Source: an uncultured Nitrososphaeraceae archaeon
GTDB lineage: Archaea; Thermoproteota; Nitrososphaeria; Nitrososphaerales; Nitrososphaeraceae
Direction: 5' to 3'
Assembly (NCBI GenBank): GCA_963765895.1
Contig: CAVXZB010000038.1
Location: 64,001 to 128,000, forward strand
DNA: 64,000 bases
Part shown: in pieces, positions 48,165 through 60,382 of the stretch
Numbering within the stretch: the first letter of the stretch is position 1
Layout of the letters: each line of letters begins with the position of its first letter
Position numbers and translations under genes: made by a program
The notes under the pieces: model-generated
What the model saw: the letters and a program-made list of their open reading frames with translations, nothing else
Told to the model about the DNA's origin: nothing
Database searches by the model: none

Positions 48165-48375
48165 ATGGAAACTAAATCGGCAAACAATGATGCGGTCGAT
48201 AGGTTGAGGATTATTTCGGCAAAGCCCTAAAGAAACATCCAGGTTCGGGGTTGAGCAGTATGGCGACATTTGTTTATGTTCGACATGCAAAGCAAGAGGA
48301 TTTATCCTGGCTCCAGATGAGGATAATATGACCGAGAAGAACTTTATTGAGGAGTGTCCTGACTGTAATAGCTAA
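48165..48375 (+). CDS. Small zinc-finger protein (~69 aa), probable extra C near 48226
   Basis: METKSANNDAVDRLRIISAKP / KETSRFGVEQYGDICLCSTCKARGFI...EECPDCNS. Confidence 0.55.
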
Positions 48376-48709
48376 AATCGCTCTTCTAACCGTTACTAAA
48401 ACATAAGGTAGATGCCCGTAAGTCAGTTAGCCATCATGACAGCACAACTATAGTTATAACTTATCTTATTTCGTGGTATTAATTTAATTCAGATAAACGC
48501 AAACTCAGGAATGGACAGCTTTCGTTCAAACAACTTTGTGGTATAATAGATAAAACAGTCACACGATTAACTCGAATGACTGCAATATTGCCTATTGAGA
48601 CCTCGCCTGTTTGAGGATATCTAGGAGGTTACTCCAATCATACCAAAAGATAAACTTTCAGTTCCAACTCAAATTCAAAAAATGTCGATAGAATGCTGGA
48701 CTGGGAATA

Positions 48710-50110
48710 TCATCTCCTAAGAGCTTCCAGAGGAGATAATCGAGCAGCCTTCCAAGCCGGGAATATTCCGGATGCTATACTCAAAGTTACAGAAAGAATC
48801 CATACATTCAAAAGTTGATCGGCAACAAAAACTGGGTTAATATGAGGAGCGGGTGCTCCGGGCTGACCTCCTCCTGTACCTGGTCCCCTTGGAGCAAATC
48901 CTGTAGTTAACAAATAGGCTCCGCCCATGCCAGTTACTAGGCCCACACTAGCCCCTATTATACCAATAAGAAGAGCTTCAGACAAAAATAGTATAAGGAT
49001 AAATCGACTCTTTGCGCCTATTGCTTTCATCGTACCAATTTCCTTGGTTCTCTCGCTGACAGACGTGTAAAGAGTGGTAATTATACCAACCGCACCTACG
49101 AGCAAGGCAATAAATGCTATTGCAATTGTAAACGCATTATTTCCGCTTTGGAATCTTTGTATTGTTTGTGAAATTGCTTTAGGAGTGGTAACACCAATAT
49201 TGGTACCATATAGACTAGTAATCTCCCCTTGAACTGTGGCGACGAGATCACCAGAAAGAGCGGCAACTACCATCTGATCATACTTTCCTGACTTATGGAA
49301 AAGCGAATTTCCAGTAGCTTCATTGATTATGACCGACCGGTCTATAAAATTATTTCCCGTGGGCTGGATTACACCGCTAATCACAAAGCTTTTAGACTGC
49401 TCTTTCGTTTTGCCAGTGTTCTGTTCTACATAAGTAAATGTCCCTCTAACGGTCTGGCCTGTGGACACAAAGGGAATTGTCTTTCCTGGAGGATTTGCTA
49501 TGCTGTCTCCTACTAACATTGCAGTAGGATTATTTGGTTGTATGTAAGAGCCATCCACCAACTGTAGTGAGGGCGTCACTAAGTAAATTTTTTGTGGATC
49601 CATCGCAATGATTTGAGCGTTCAAAACGTTCCCCTGGGCGTTAAGCTGCAGCTGACCTTGATATGATGGAACAACTTCTTGAACAAAGGGTAGGGATTTT
49701 ATTCTGTTAACAATTTCGTTACTAAGTACAATGGTTGGCGGACCCTGAGGGCCGCGGAAATTCATTTGCCCTGAGCTAACAAACAAAACATTTGGAGCCA
49801 ACATACTCATCTGTTTGTTCATAAATACAGACTGTCCTGCGCTCATACCATTCAACGCCACCATTAATGCTCCTCCTACCACAACCATGAGGATAGTCAA
49901 GGCAGATCTAGCCTTTCTTTCCCTAAGAGCGTCAAACGATAGGATGATAATTTGCTTATAGTTCTTACGTCTCGAGCCAATTTTCCAGTCGGTTCGCACT
50001 CTCGAGGGAGATACGACATTATTATCAGCAGATATATTTTTTACATTACGATATGCATCCTTGCTAGATGTACTTGACTCATTTTCCTTGCTGAAATCCT
50101 CGATACCCAT
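48710..50110 (-). CDS. ABC transporter permease, MacB/FtsX family
   Basis: RSALTIL, SVSERTKEIGTMKAIGA, PAWKAARLSPLEALR. Confidence 0.92.
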   Translation of the reverse strand: MGIEDFSKENESSTSSKDAYRNVKNISADNNVVSPSRVRTDWKIGSRRKNYKQIIILSFDALRERKARSALTILMVVVGGALMVALNGMSAGQSVFMNKQMSMLAPNVLFVSSGQMNFRGPQGPPTIVLSNEIVNRIKSLPFVQEVVPSYQGQLQLNAQGNVLNAQIIAMDPQKIYLVTPSLQLVDGSYIQPNNPTAMLVGDSIANPPGKTIPFVSTGQTVRGTFTYVEQNTGKTKEQSKSFVISGVIQPTGNNFIDRSVIINEATGNSLFHKSGKYDQMVVAALSGDLVATVQGEITSLYGTNIGVTTPKAISQTIQRFQSGNNAFTIAIAFIALLVGAVGIITTLYTSVSERTKEIGTMKAIGAKSRFILILFLSEALLIGIIGASVGLVTGMGGAYLLTTGFAPRGPGTGGGQPGAPAPHINPVFVADQLLNVWILSVTLSIASGIFPAWKAARLSPLEALRR

Positions 50111-50845
50111 ATTACTGTACTATCACAGCTATTCTCCTATGTTATCGTAAATGTCATACCGACTAACCGTCCTTATTATCCTAATACTATCTAGATAAAT
50201 AGATGCGAAATTCATCCAGTGCCTTGAATAACCAGAAGCAACTGTATTCATATGCTTCAGATATATTATCTTAGCTTCCCAACTGATTTATAGTTAGCGT
50301 TTATTTTGCCTGATCTTTATATTCTAAAGTATTGAAACAGGCAAACAACAGGACTGTGTGGTGTTATAAGGGACTGGTGGCCCAACCATATCAACAGCAT
50401 GAACTTGTTACAGAATAAATGAATACAATAATAATCTTCAAGTAATGTTTGATAGACGTAGTAATGTGGCTACAGACAAACTTTGAGCTAGACTACTAAA
50501 ATAGCCCATCCTCAGTAGGAGATATGGCTATCGCATCTTCCAATTCCGTGAATTCAGGATTTGAATAATATAAGAATAGCTTTTGGCAGAGTCAGTAATA
50601 GTAATCTCTATAGTAGAGCCAATAAAATTGACATGGAAGATTCGTAAATTTGTTGATATAACGAATCCCATAATGTTATTTATCTGAATATTAGGCAACT
50701 TCAGTCACTCGGTAAGAGTACTGGAGGCCAATTTATTAAATCAGAATTACTTTCAGAGGTTGAATTAAAAAGGCAAAACTTGAGCTATACTTGAAAACTG
50801 AACCTAGGGGATAATTTAAACCCGTACTTAACTATTACGTATTTC

Positions 50846-51337
50846 TTATAGACTAATGAATTCTGCTTTTCTTCTTTTCGTATCAAAAATTGCAGCAGTT
50901 GCTTTATAGTCAAAGAACCAGCCATTTGCAGTTCCAGGATTTATAAGCAAAGTCTTTCCGATCTGCAGCTCTTCAAGCTTATGTGTGTGACCACAGACTA
51001 GTACGTCGTACTTGCCGGATTGCAATACTAATGACTTTTTTTTGGCATTTGTCCCATGATAAACCGCGATCAGTACATGATCCTGTTCAATTTCACAAAA
51101 GTCGCCTTTAAGTTCACCGCCGATCTTTTGGAAGCTCAATGAAAGTCTTTCCTCTTCAATGTCATTATTTCCGAGAACTCCAATCAACCTAACGCCTTCA
51201 AACGATTTAACTGATTCCGGCCTAACGATGTCGCCAGCATGAATAACAAGATCAATATTTTTATCTCTACATATTTTTACGAATTTCTCAATGTTATAAA
51301 TATTGTCGTGGGTATCTGATATCAGTCCTATGTGCAT
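50846..51337 (-). CDS. Metallophosphoesterase (YfcE/MJ0936 family)
   Basis: SDTHDN, HAGD, GNND, HG, GHTH, INPG. Confidence 0.92.
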   Translation of the reverse strand: MHIGLISDTHDNIYNIEKFVKICRDKNIDLVIHAGDIVRPESVKSFEGVRLIGVLGNNDIEEERLSLSFQKIGGELKGDFCEIEQDHVLIAVYHGTNAKKKSLVLQSGKYDVLVCGHTHKLEELQIGKTLLINPGTANGWFFDYKATAAIFDTKRRKAEFISL

Positions 51338-51411
51338 CTAGACGATTTAGTCAGTCTCTTTACATTTTTATTTGTACCCATCTGTGTCAGTCGTAACTAT
51401 TGATCAATCAT

Positions 51412-52555
51412 ATTCAAAATTGCACTTCTGGATTTCCAGGGCATGAAGAGTCTTTGTTTCTCATTGAGAAATTAGTTCCTTGATTGTATTGGGAGAGAAG
51501 TCTGCATTTCGTAAAAATGCTGGGAGACTCGATTTCACTTCTAATTATTCCGGTTACTGATTGGATTTGTGCGCCATAATTTTCAATGAGTTATGTGTAT
51601 TCTTCGCTAATCTTGAAAGTCGATTGACTCTGTCTCAGCATTCGAGTTACTTTCAATAATACGGTAAAGTCTTTCTATGAATCTAATTTGACTGGTAAGA
51701 AATTTTGACATTTTTATCGTGTTCTCATTTTTGTCACTAAACAATATGTCTTTGCCCTGCTTTCAACTTCCGCGATGTTGGAAGGCAGATGTGTGATCTT
51801 CCTAGGATAATTGTGATAATAAAGATGTTTTTATCGTTTTTCAGAGATACATATAATACCTCTCTTACCAGGGTATTGCTAAGTAAACTCCCATCCCAAG
51901 CCAACACTCCATCTTCTATTTCAATCCATGGAAAACCATATATAGGATATCCAGCGCTGGCTAGAATTTGCTTTGCTTCTATACGCACCAAAGGTATTGT
52001 CAAATACCAATGGCTTAGATGTCATAACATTTACTGTAGTTATCATGATACGTAAGACATCTGGTAATTCTTCTTTGGTTGCCGCGAGGTTGAGTTGACT
52101 ATGGTCCACGTATTTATCAAGGTTTTTTGCTAGTGGATAAAGGTCGTACAAATAAGTCCACGTCCTTGGATCAAAATATTTGTATCGTTTGAGACTGTCT
52201 TCCAATTCTGTGGCCATCTAGGGACAAACATCTTTGGGACTCATTGCAGCGTTTGCTGCTACCGAAGAGATCTTTTTGGATCTAAATGTGTTAGAACTTG
52301 TATCATTATCAATAACAAAAAAATCAGGTATTATGCTAGGGCAACCCTCTGCTAGTTCCATCCAAAATTCTTTAATGCCTCTTCTGGATGGTCGCTCTTA
52401 CTTCCAACAATAATTGCCGCATTAACGGCTCCTACGGAAGTCCCAGCTGCGACATCTATTCTGATTCGTTTCTTTACAAATACCTTAAATACCCTCCATA
52501 TGCAAAGGCTTCCTAAGAACCACCGCCCTGCATTGAAAGGACATTTTCGATATTC
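51412..52555 (-). pseudogene. Patatin-like phospholipase, heavily decayed
   Basis: ENVLSMQGGGS*, DVAAGTSVGAVNAA, LASAGYPIYGFPW, WDGSLLSNT; many stops and shifts. Confidence 0.85.
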
Positions 52556-53518
52556 CTTTTGGTAAATCTCAATCTGCTTGGTGGTGGTGTTTCACTCAAA
52601 ATTTGAGTTTCTTTTTCCAGATTGGCATCCGTTATGCTTTGGTATGGGCATCATTACGTATGAATATTTCTATCATCAGAATTTCAGAGGTTGTCCTTAA
52701 GTCGCATCGTAATCTATTGAATAGCTTTGAATCGAGATAAAGATTGTTTCAGTTCACGTTGGCGATTCGATTTATGGTAACTGATACAGTAAGAGTCATT
52801 AGTTGTAATAGAAGTGGATCAGCTTAGACAAGTTACCAGTGTAATGAAAATCTCAGAAGTAACAAACAATGAAAGGGATAGGGCTCGCTATAATTACCAA
52901 AAGTTTTTTTTATAACCATATTAAAAAAACAACTATTGAGACATTTAATGGATCGTTTCCGATTAGAGTACCAACCAACCGAGCAAAATTAGTAATCGTT
53001 TCCTTAGGCTCGTTCCAATTATTAATAGCTTCCATTTTAGTTGCTGCAATGGAATTGCGAATCACAATATCACTTTCCTGCTTTAATGTCAAATTAGTTG
53101 GACTGCGAATAGGATAGGATATCAACATTTACCCTAATGGTTATATCTTTGTCACATTTCATATCATATCCAGTATTAGGATCATTTGGCTTCCCTAAAT
53201 ACCATCAAGTGATTTATATATACGACGGTTATGAAAGAACCGATGCGACTTGGTTTGAGTTGATTAGGGGATACTTATAGACAAGTTTAGCCGTTCCCGA
53301 TATGATTCTGTCTGCTGTCACAGCAGTTTTGCATTCCAAATTGTAGGATGGAGAGATTATTAATACTTGTGACCGTACAGCTGATACAATTATTCCTAAT
53401 TAACCAAATTTTTAGTGCTTGTCATATTTGTAGTCATGAGCCTGGAAGAACGATATAATAGGCCTTCGATACCTGAACAAAGGAATAATATTACAGGTAT
53501 ATTATGTACTGATATCCA

Positions 53519-53866
53519 ATGACTAAATTAGATGAATCAGGTCAGGTTATCTACCTACAATATAAGAATCTGGAAGACATGCTCAAGGTGATTCTCTTTT
53601 CCGCACAATCCGCGCTGGGTTTGACACCCATGCTTTATAGTATAAAACACAACAACAGTAGCATACTGTTTATCCAAACAGGTTTAGCGAATGGTGCAGT
53701 AATTCATTATCTCATTATGCGCAGCGCAAAGCCAGAACAGAAATACATCGAGCTGAAGCGATTAACTGGAGAATTCAAATTTGTTGAGAACATAGGTACC
53801 GATACAATGTCTCTGTATATTCCAGTCCTAGAATTGGAAACGTCCACACTCAAATTTCCCCTATGA
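53519..53866 (+). CDS. Conserved archaeal hypothetical protein
   Basis: 115-aa intact ORF. Confidence 0.75.
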   Translation: MTKLDESGQVIYLQYKNLEDMLKVILFSAQSALGLTPMLYSIKHNNSSILFIQTGLANGAVIHYLIMRSAKPEQKYIELKRLTGEFKFVENIGTDTMSLYIPVLELETSTLKFPL

Positions 53867-55781
53867 GCAGCCTCTATTATTTTCTTATCTTGGGTATCTA
53901 GCAAAGTATACCACTTAATGGATAGGATGGATTATGAATTGACCATTATCCGGTGAAATCCTCCTTTAAAAGCAATAGCAGCTCTGAATTAAATGAGATT
54001 CTTATGCATATTATCAAGTAATTTAGTGCTTCACTTAAATTGATTACGTTAGGAAGCGTGGCCGATGATGACCCAACAATGCCGATGAATAAGCCAATAA
54101 GCGAATTCTTTAATCGACATATACTTTGTTAAGCCGAACGAGGGCGAGTTGATATTGGACCTGATTGTCTGATTTTGCCGAATCTATCACCGGGCGAGGA
54201 CTATAGTCTTTAAGAATTACTATACTTAATGACGAACAAAATTCTGCTAAAAAAAGATATTGACTTGTATACTAGTAACGACAGTCATGAAATTGTTATC
54301 AACCGTGCTAATTTTTGCAAAGCATACTCTATGCTAATTTTACAGCACGGCGAATTGGTATAAAACCTACTACTATACATTTTAGGACTAGATTTTTACG
54401 TCAGTCAGTTAAACATTGGGTCAGTTTTTAAATATACATGATCAATTATAATTTCTACATCTTGCTAAAGTGCAGATTTGGCCAGAGACTCATACATCAA
54501 GATTAAATATTGTCTTCCCATTACAAATTCCTAATGAATAGCGAAATAAGAAGATCCTGTAGCAGATGTGACGGACAGATGTTAGGTGAGACCCAGCCAA
54601 TTCCAAAGAAAGTCGCTCTGCCTATACCTCTTAAACCATCGTTTTCGATTGAGAAATATTTGCCAAACATCTATGAAGGAGTATGATTTTTATACCGTAT
54701 TTATTTGTTCTTCGTGCGGCTATCTTGACGTATATTTTACAAAAAATAAATAGCATACCTTCTCTTTCAGTATTTGTCCAACGCTCATTATTGCTAATGT
54801 CTGATCTTGATTATGATACCGATAAATCAGAATCAGCATCCTACAAGAATATCATTATCAGTATTGACAAAGCAACCGTAAACCTATCGTACACCCTTTG
54901 TATACTTTATAAGATTTGGAATGAAGAAAAATATTAACAACCGTTAGAACCTGAATCATTAAAACGAGAAGTCATGTTAGGAGGGCCTATGATTCATCTA
55001 AAGTAAAAGTGGAAATTGATATCTGGTTCGATTGTCGAATACTTCCCACAGATTTTTCATTCTTGAGATTAACGACATTGACGTTAACTGAAAGAAACTG
55101 AAAGAACTAAAGAGTGAACTGAGAAGGCCATAGAAGACTACCAATACATTAGCGAACGAATCAATATGTATATCAAAGAGATTCTTCGACCCTTAATAGA
55201 AAATGTAACTGATAACTTATTTACATTGTTATTAATTAGAATATGAAGTAATAAGACATGAGTACACAAGTATTTAGAACGATCAATAGCATAAATCATA
55301 ACTGTCAAAATAGGGATTATTATTGAATTTGCAATATCTCTGGTTATTTGATGTCAGATCAGTTGTACATAGAGAATAGAACAAGGTTAATTCTACATAT
55401 GTCAGAAAGCAAAAACTCGTAACTGATCAGACCCAGCAAACGCGTTCAATTTATTTTATATACCAAAGATTATTCATACTTCTTAATATTGTTTGGCCTA
55501 TATCTTCACTATATCAAATATACTCTTCACTTTCTTTCTTTCTCATTTTGTTCATGTCTACCCATTCCAGCAGTTCAAATGTTCACTTTGATATTTTCAT
55601 TAGTTAACGATAATACGGTCAGCTAAAACAGCTAACTTATCGATACTATACAAAAGAATGTTAAATAAGATTGTGGATCAGAAAAGGCCCAATTAGAAAA
55701 TCTGATTTGATAGTCTAATCGAATTATTTCTTAATTTTACGATTCCAGAGAAGTAACTATATTTAGCGCAATATAAGAAAA

Positions 55782-56219
55782 TCAACGTCTTGTAGGCTTA
55801 AGTGATATTAGATCGCATACGTTCCGTTTAGGCGAGTACGTTTTAGTTATGTCATCTAGGTATCGGCCAGTGCTGGCAGCAGGTCTGAAGGAAAATCTAT
55901 TTCTCATTTCATCTTCTTGGGTAATGTTCTCACATCCTCGTTGTGCAAGATAGTTTTCGGTAGTTCCAGCATATCTTATCAAGTCTTGTACATCATCATA
56001 TTTGTCGCTCCAATATATTGCAATCCCAGTAAGATAATCTATTCTCCAGAATGACCTTGCCATTTCAAGATCGCTATGCTCATGTGCTGTAACTTCAACG
56101 AATTCAGTATTGATGTCCAGCATTTGCTGTCTAGTGTATGGATCGACAACATATTTTATCTCATTATCAGACACTACTATATACCACCAGTTTATATCTC
56201 GTAAACAATAAGACATCAT
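55782..56219 (-). CDS. Hypothetical protein
   Basis: 145-aa ORF; start uncertain. Confidence 0.6.
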   Translation of the reverse strand: MMSYCLRDINWWYIVVSDNEIKYVVDPYTRQQMLDINTEFVEVTAHEHSDLEMARSFWRIDYLTGIAIYWSDKYDDVQDLIRYAGTTENYLAQRGCENITQEDEMRNRFSFRPAASTGRYLDDITKTYSPKRNVCDLISLKPTRR

Positions 56220-57242
56220 TCACAATTAAATCATCTTATTAGATATAGTCACTGAATGACGTAATCAATGAGGTCAAGTCCCTCAGTTTGAGACCATAAG
56301 CTTTATCTTTTTACTTCGTAACCTCAATCTCATCCTTTTTCTATAACTCTCACAGTAGATTTGCTGGTTTAAGGACTAAGCCGTTTTTATCTAATTATTC
56401 TGTAATGGATTCACGCCCTCCTAACATATTATCTATACAATGCTAAATGTATAATTCGTCACAAAGAATAAAATAGAGTATGGATAAATTCCTTTTGCAA
56501 AAGTTAGGTAAAACGACACGTTACCAAGAGAATGGGAGAGATAACGTCCCATATGTACTCCTAGGCTAGTGTCTAAACTGCGTTTGCATTGTCAAACCTA
56601 AAAAATTTTCTCAAATTATTGTATTTCTACTTTTAATTCTCAAAAAGGTGGATATGCTGCAGATATTACTGCCAATGTCCAACTAGTCTACGATTTCTGT
56701 TCACGGTCATGGTTATATGATAGACGATAGCACGTATTATAACGGCCATATCAAATAATGGAAGAAAGTCGAAAAAGCTGTCCAATCTGTAGAAACTGCG
56801 GCTTCAAAAAATTTAGTGTTATAAGCCGATCTGAGAAAATCCACTTGCGATGCCTTGGGTGTGGTCAGATGATGTCAATTTGATGTTAACTTTAGATCGG
56901 CATAAGATTTGTTCATTTTCTCTTTGTAGATAGTATTAAAATGGCCCCAAAATTGAGCTAAATTTGAACACCGGGGTGCTGCCCACTTTATCTACATCGT
57001 CTAATACTCTGTTCCTATTACATTACGTATTGTTCTGACAGCATAATAGATCGCCTATTATGATCATGTCGATGAAAAATATTCTAAAGGCATCATCGTC
57101 CCAATCTTTTTTCTGTTTAACGATGAAACCAGACCACTTAGCTGTTCAGCATATGTCGGATCTATTATCTTATCGACTAAGATGCAACTAAAATACTTCA
57201 TCAAAAAGATAAAAAAATAAATATTGAAAAAATTTCTAATTC

Positions 57243-57293
57243 TTACTTCTTAGATTTTGAACCTTTCTTTGCGGTTTTTTTCTTTGCTGCCAT
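57243..57293 (-). CDS. Lysine-rich micro-protein MAAKKKTAKKGSKSKK
   Basis: ATG at 57293, TAA at 57245-57243; TTATATA box about 35 nt upstream; T-rich tract after the stop. Confidence 0.6.
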   Translation of the reverse strand: MAAKKKTAKKGSKSKK

Positions 57294-57392
57294 TCACTTA
57301 TCGAAGTGATATATGCAATATATAAGCCTTATTATTTTTGGTTAAGAACGTGGATGATATCTTTCTGAGGAACGAGTAACAAACAATACCTT

Positions 57393-57412
57393 GTATACTT
57401 ATTCAAGTATAC
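57393..57412. promoter_or_regulatory. Inverted repeat, candidate operator
   Basis: GTATACTT-ATTC-AAGTATAC upstream of the micro-ORF promoter. Confidence 0.35.
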
Positions 57413-58447
57413 TTTGGTACTAAAAAGTCTACTTATAAATTATGATCTATTAGACTTAGTCCTTGTTTTCAATGAAGGAGATAAAAAAAAGGTGTGAAGA
57501 ACCAAGAAATGGAATAGCTATTAGGTATTCCTCATGTTCCAGCGCGGAATTCTATGGCATATCAGTATATACTTTTGGCAATATTGCTGAATAAGATAAT
57601 TGATATATTGGATAGAAACCGAGTAGTAAAGGTATTGGGAACCATGATAACTCAATATACTGGCGATATATCAGTAAGCTTGGTTTCAGACTTATCTGAA
57701 TGATTAGATAAGAATGCGGAGCTGCCCAATGGTTACACTTTTAATATTAAATTTTTATTACGTATTCGACGTCTTGTCCCTGGGGAAATATGGAGCTTTT
57801 AGCAGTTAGAACGATAAAGTGAAACTTATTTTTTTTGTGGCATCTGTGATTGGATTCGAGATAAAGACTAGACTTTCGTCAGGTCTAGCTGTATATAACA
57901 TGCAGTGCATCATGTTATACCTTGCATGTCAAATCAGGAGAAAATATTGTTAATTCATACAAAATAAATTGCAGCTAGGTCATACCTGATCGAGGATTTA
58001 TCAAGTGACTAGGGTTATTAGTTCCGATCCAGCTATAGTCTAAAAGCTTGACATAGTTCGTGATACCAAGATAGTAAAAAATTGAGATACGGATCTTGCG
58101 GTTTAAACCAAACAGTCGGAGAAAACCCGGTCAAACCGGTAACCAAACAGACACCTATTGCTAACCCTTATTGAAAGTATATTCATTGTAACTAGCAGAC
58201 AATGCCTAATGCATGATCCTAGAGAAGTCTTAATTCCTCAAATGACTATTCTAGAATTATATGATAATGCTTCAGAAATAGGATCATGAAATGGTGACGC
58301 GTAATTGTATAATTCAAGTATCAATTAATTCAGATTAATTGCCAATCAAACCAGATCGAGGTTTACTATTTGAACTGGATCTTTTGAACCAAGCAACCTG
58401 TTTCAACAAGGCTAGATATTTAGATAGATGCACACATACAAGAATAC

Positions 58448-58972
58448 ATGATGAACATCTCCAGAAAAATTATCCAAAAATATATCATTAATGACACAAA
58501 ATGTTGCAAATTCATGTCTAAGGACGGCATAACTACTCAAGAACTTGCCATAGAGAAGGTTGACGGGATTTTTGATAGTATTCAGATGGATGTAAGATCA
58601 GAGAGTACTCTTCCCTTGATTGTAAGGGCTTGTGGGATTCTAAAAAATTTGGATGACTACCAATATATTGTATGTTCCGAAGTTCGAGAGATTCCTGATT
58701 CCAATCCATACAAAAAGATTCTGCAAAAATATAGGGTCACTATAGTGGCTGCATTTGCAAGGTTTATTATGATTATTCATTCAAAAATAATGACCGTACT
58801 ACAGGAATGGACTCATTTTGCCAGGTTATTATTGGAAGTCCTCTCAGATACCCTAGCTAAGGCTAGACTCAATACAGACTTTAAACTGAGTAATGAGCCA
58901 ACCGAATTGATGTTTGACTATTTTGGTATGCCTGAGAAGGAAATTGACGAATTATTAGAAAAGATCTACTAG
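58448..58972 (+). CDS. Hypothetical helical protein (start possibly 58514)
   Basis: 174-aa ORF. Confidence 0.65.
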   Translation: MMNISRKIIQKYIINDTKCCKFMSKDGITTQELAIEKVDGIFDSIQMDVRSESTLPLIVRACGILKNLDDYQYIVCSEVREIPDSNPYKKILQKYRVTIVAAFARFIMIIHSKIMTVLQEWTHFARLLLEVLSDTLAKARLNTDFKLSNEPTELMFDYFGMPEKEIDELLEKIY

Positions 58973-59490
58973 CAACCAGTGGTCTTCTGTCTAAAGGGGG
59001 AGTCATCATTGATAGTTTTCGGCGGTGCTGAAGTTTATGTTGTACAATTGCTTGTTTGAATCCAACAAGATTTACAATATGACCTTGCAAAGACTACATC
59101 GGCCAATCTGTCGGACCGATCAAACCCATGCCCGATATTTGTTTGAGACAGTATTCTGCTTAATCATAGCCTCAAAAAAATCAGAACTTTAATCCAATGT
59201 CGACTGCCACTAGCTCCAGACCACGATATTCAAAGCTTGTCTTGTTTACCGGTCATATCTTTTGATTTTCGAAGCACGATCAGAGTACTTCAAGATTTGA
59301 ACAATTGGTTCGCCGAATAAACTTTCGCTGTCATTAGCTCAGTGTGTAGGCGTGAAAATCAGCTCAAATACCACCGTAGTCACGGGGATAACTAACAATC
59401 ATGATTTTAAGCAATTAACATTGAGCAGCCACACAATTGGGGCCAGGGTATTTCATACCTCGATTCGACGTCTTCTTGTTCCTCATCTTG

Positions 59491-60060
59491 TTACCTTACG
59501 CGTTTTTTCCTTAACCTTTTCGTTTTTGCTTTTCCAATTTTGGTGACTTTTGCAGTCTGATTTTTAGTAGCAGAAGCGCCCTTTTTAGCAACTCTTCTGG
59601 CTTGGTTAGCAGCTCTTTGCGACACTTTCCGTGCATTTGCCATCCCTTTTTTTACTTGCTTGGTAGTTTTAGGAGCCCTTTTTGGAATTCGCTTAGCAGT
59701 ATCTTTCGTTAACCTTGCTGTTTCATTTGCTACCTCAGCCGTCTCTTCAATGGCACCAGCAGTATCCTCTAAGACATGACTATCTTTTACGTCTCTAGTC
59801 GTTTGATTGATTACATTTGTAGTGTCTCTCGCAGCTAACGAAGCATCATGTACTGCACCTACAAGATCCATAACTGCTCCGCTCTCATGAAACGCTTCAG
59901 CTGTCTCCCTTGCTACTGCAGACGTATGTCGAATATTTTTGGCTACATCTTTTATTAAATCGGCTGCCCTCTTGGCACCTGCACCCAAATCCTGCTTTCC
60001 ACTCGAGGAGTTAGTTTTTGCTCGCTTTGCCCTACTTTTCTTATCTTTTCCCGCGGCCAA
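59491..60060 (-). CDS. Ala/Lys-rich protein with basic tails and LEA-like helical core
   Basis: K/R-rich termini; central A/E/T/D amphipathic repeats; almost no aromatic residues. Confidence 0.75.
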   Translation of the reverse strand: MAAGKDKKSRAKRAKTNSSSGKQDLGAGAKRAADLIKDVAKNIRHTSAVARETAEAFHESGAVMDLVGAVHDASLAARDTTNVINQTTRDVKDSHVLEDTAGAIEETAEVANETARLTKDTAKRIPKRAPKTTKQVKKGMANARKVSQRAANQARRVAKKGASATKNQTAKVTKIGKAKTKRLRKKRVR

Positions 60061-60382
60061 TATCTATCATTACTGTATTTGATATAGTCATATTAAATGG
60101 TTAACACTCAATTCCAGTTTAAGTCACAATCCAATTTGTTTGCAAACGAAAGACTGATCCTGTCACTATTTACTATTTACTATTCACCTGGTTGAACCTC
60201 AATTCCTGAGACTTGGGTCATAACTATGTAAAATCAATGTACTATCTGACAGTCTTGCTATTAAAACCCGCATAATGAGTAAGGAATTAATAAAAATATT
60301 TAATCACTCATTTTGGAGAGGTGACAACTGATTGAAAAAGGCCAAAAAGCGTATATATTTTGTGTATATAATTGGTAATTTG

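Noticed and set aside
48710-50110. ABC permease without an adjacent ATPase
   Set aside because: The partner is probably encoded elsewhere; not unusual enough.
55085-55125. AACTGAAAGA short repeats
   Set aside because: Low-complexity slippage with no spacer structure.
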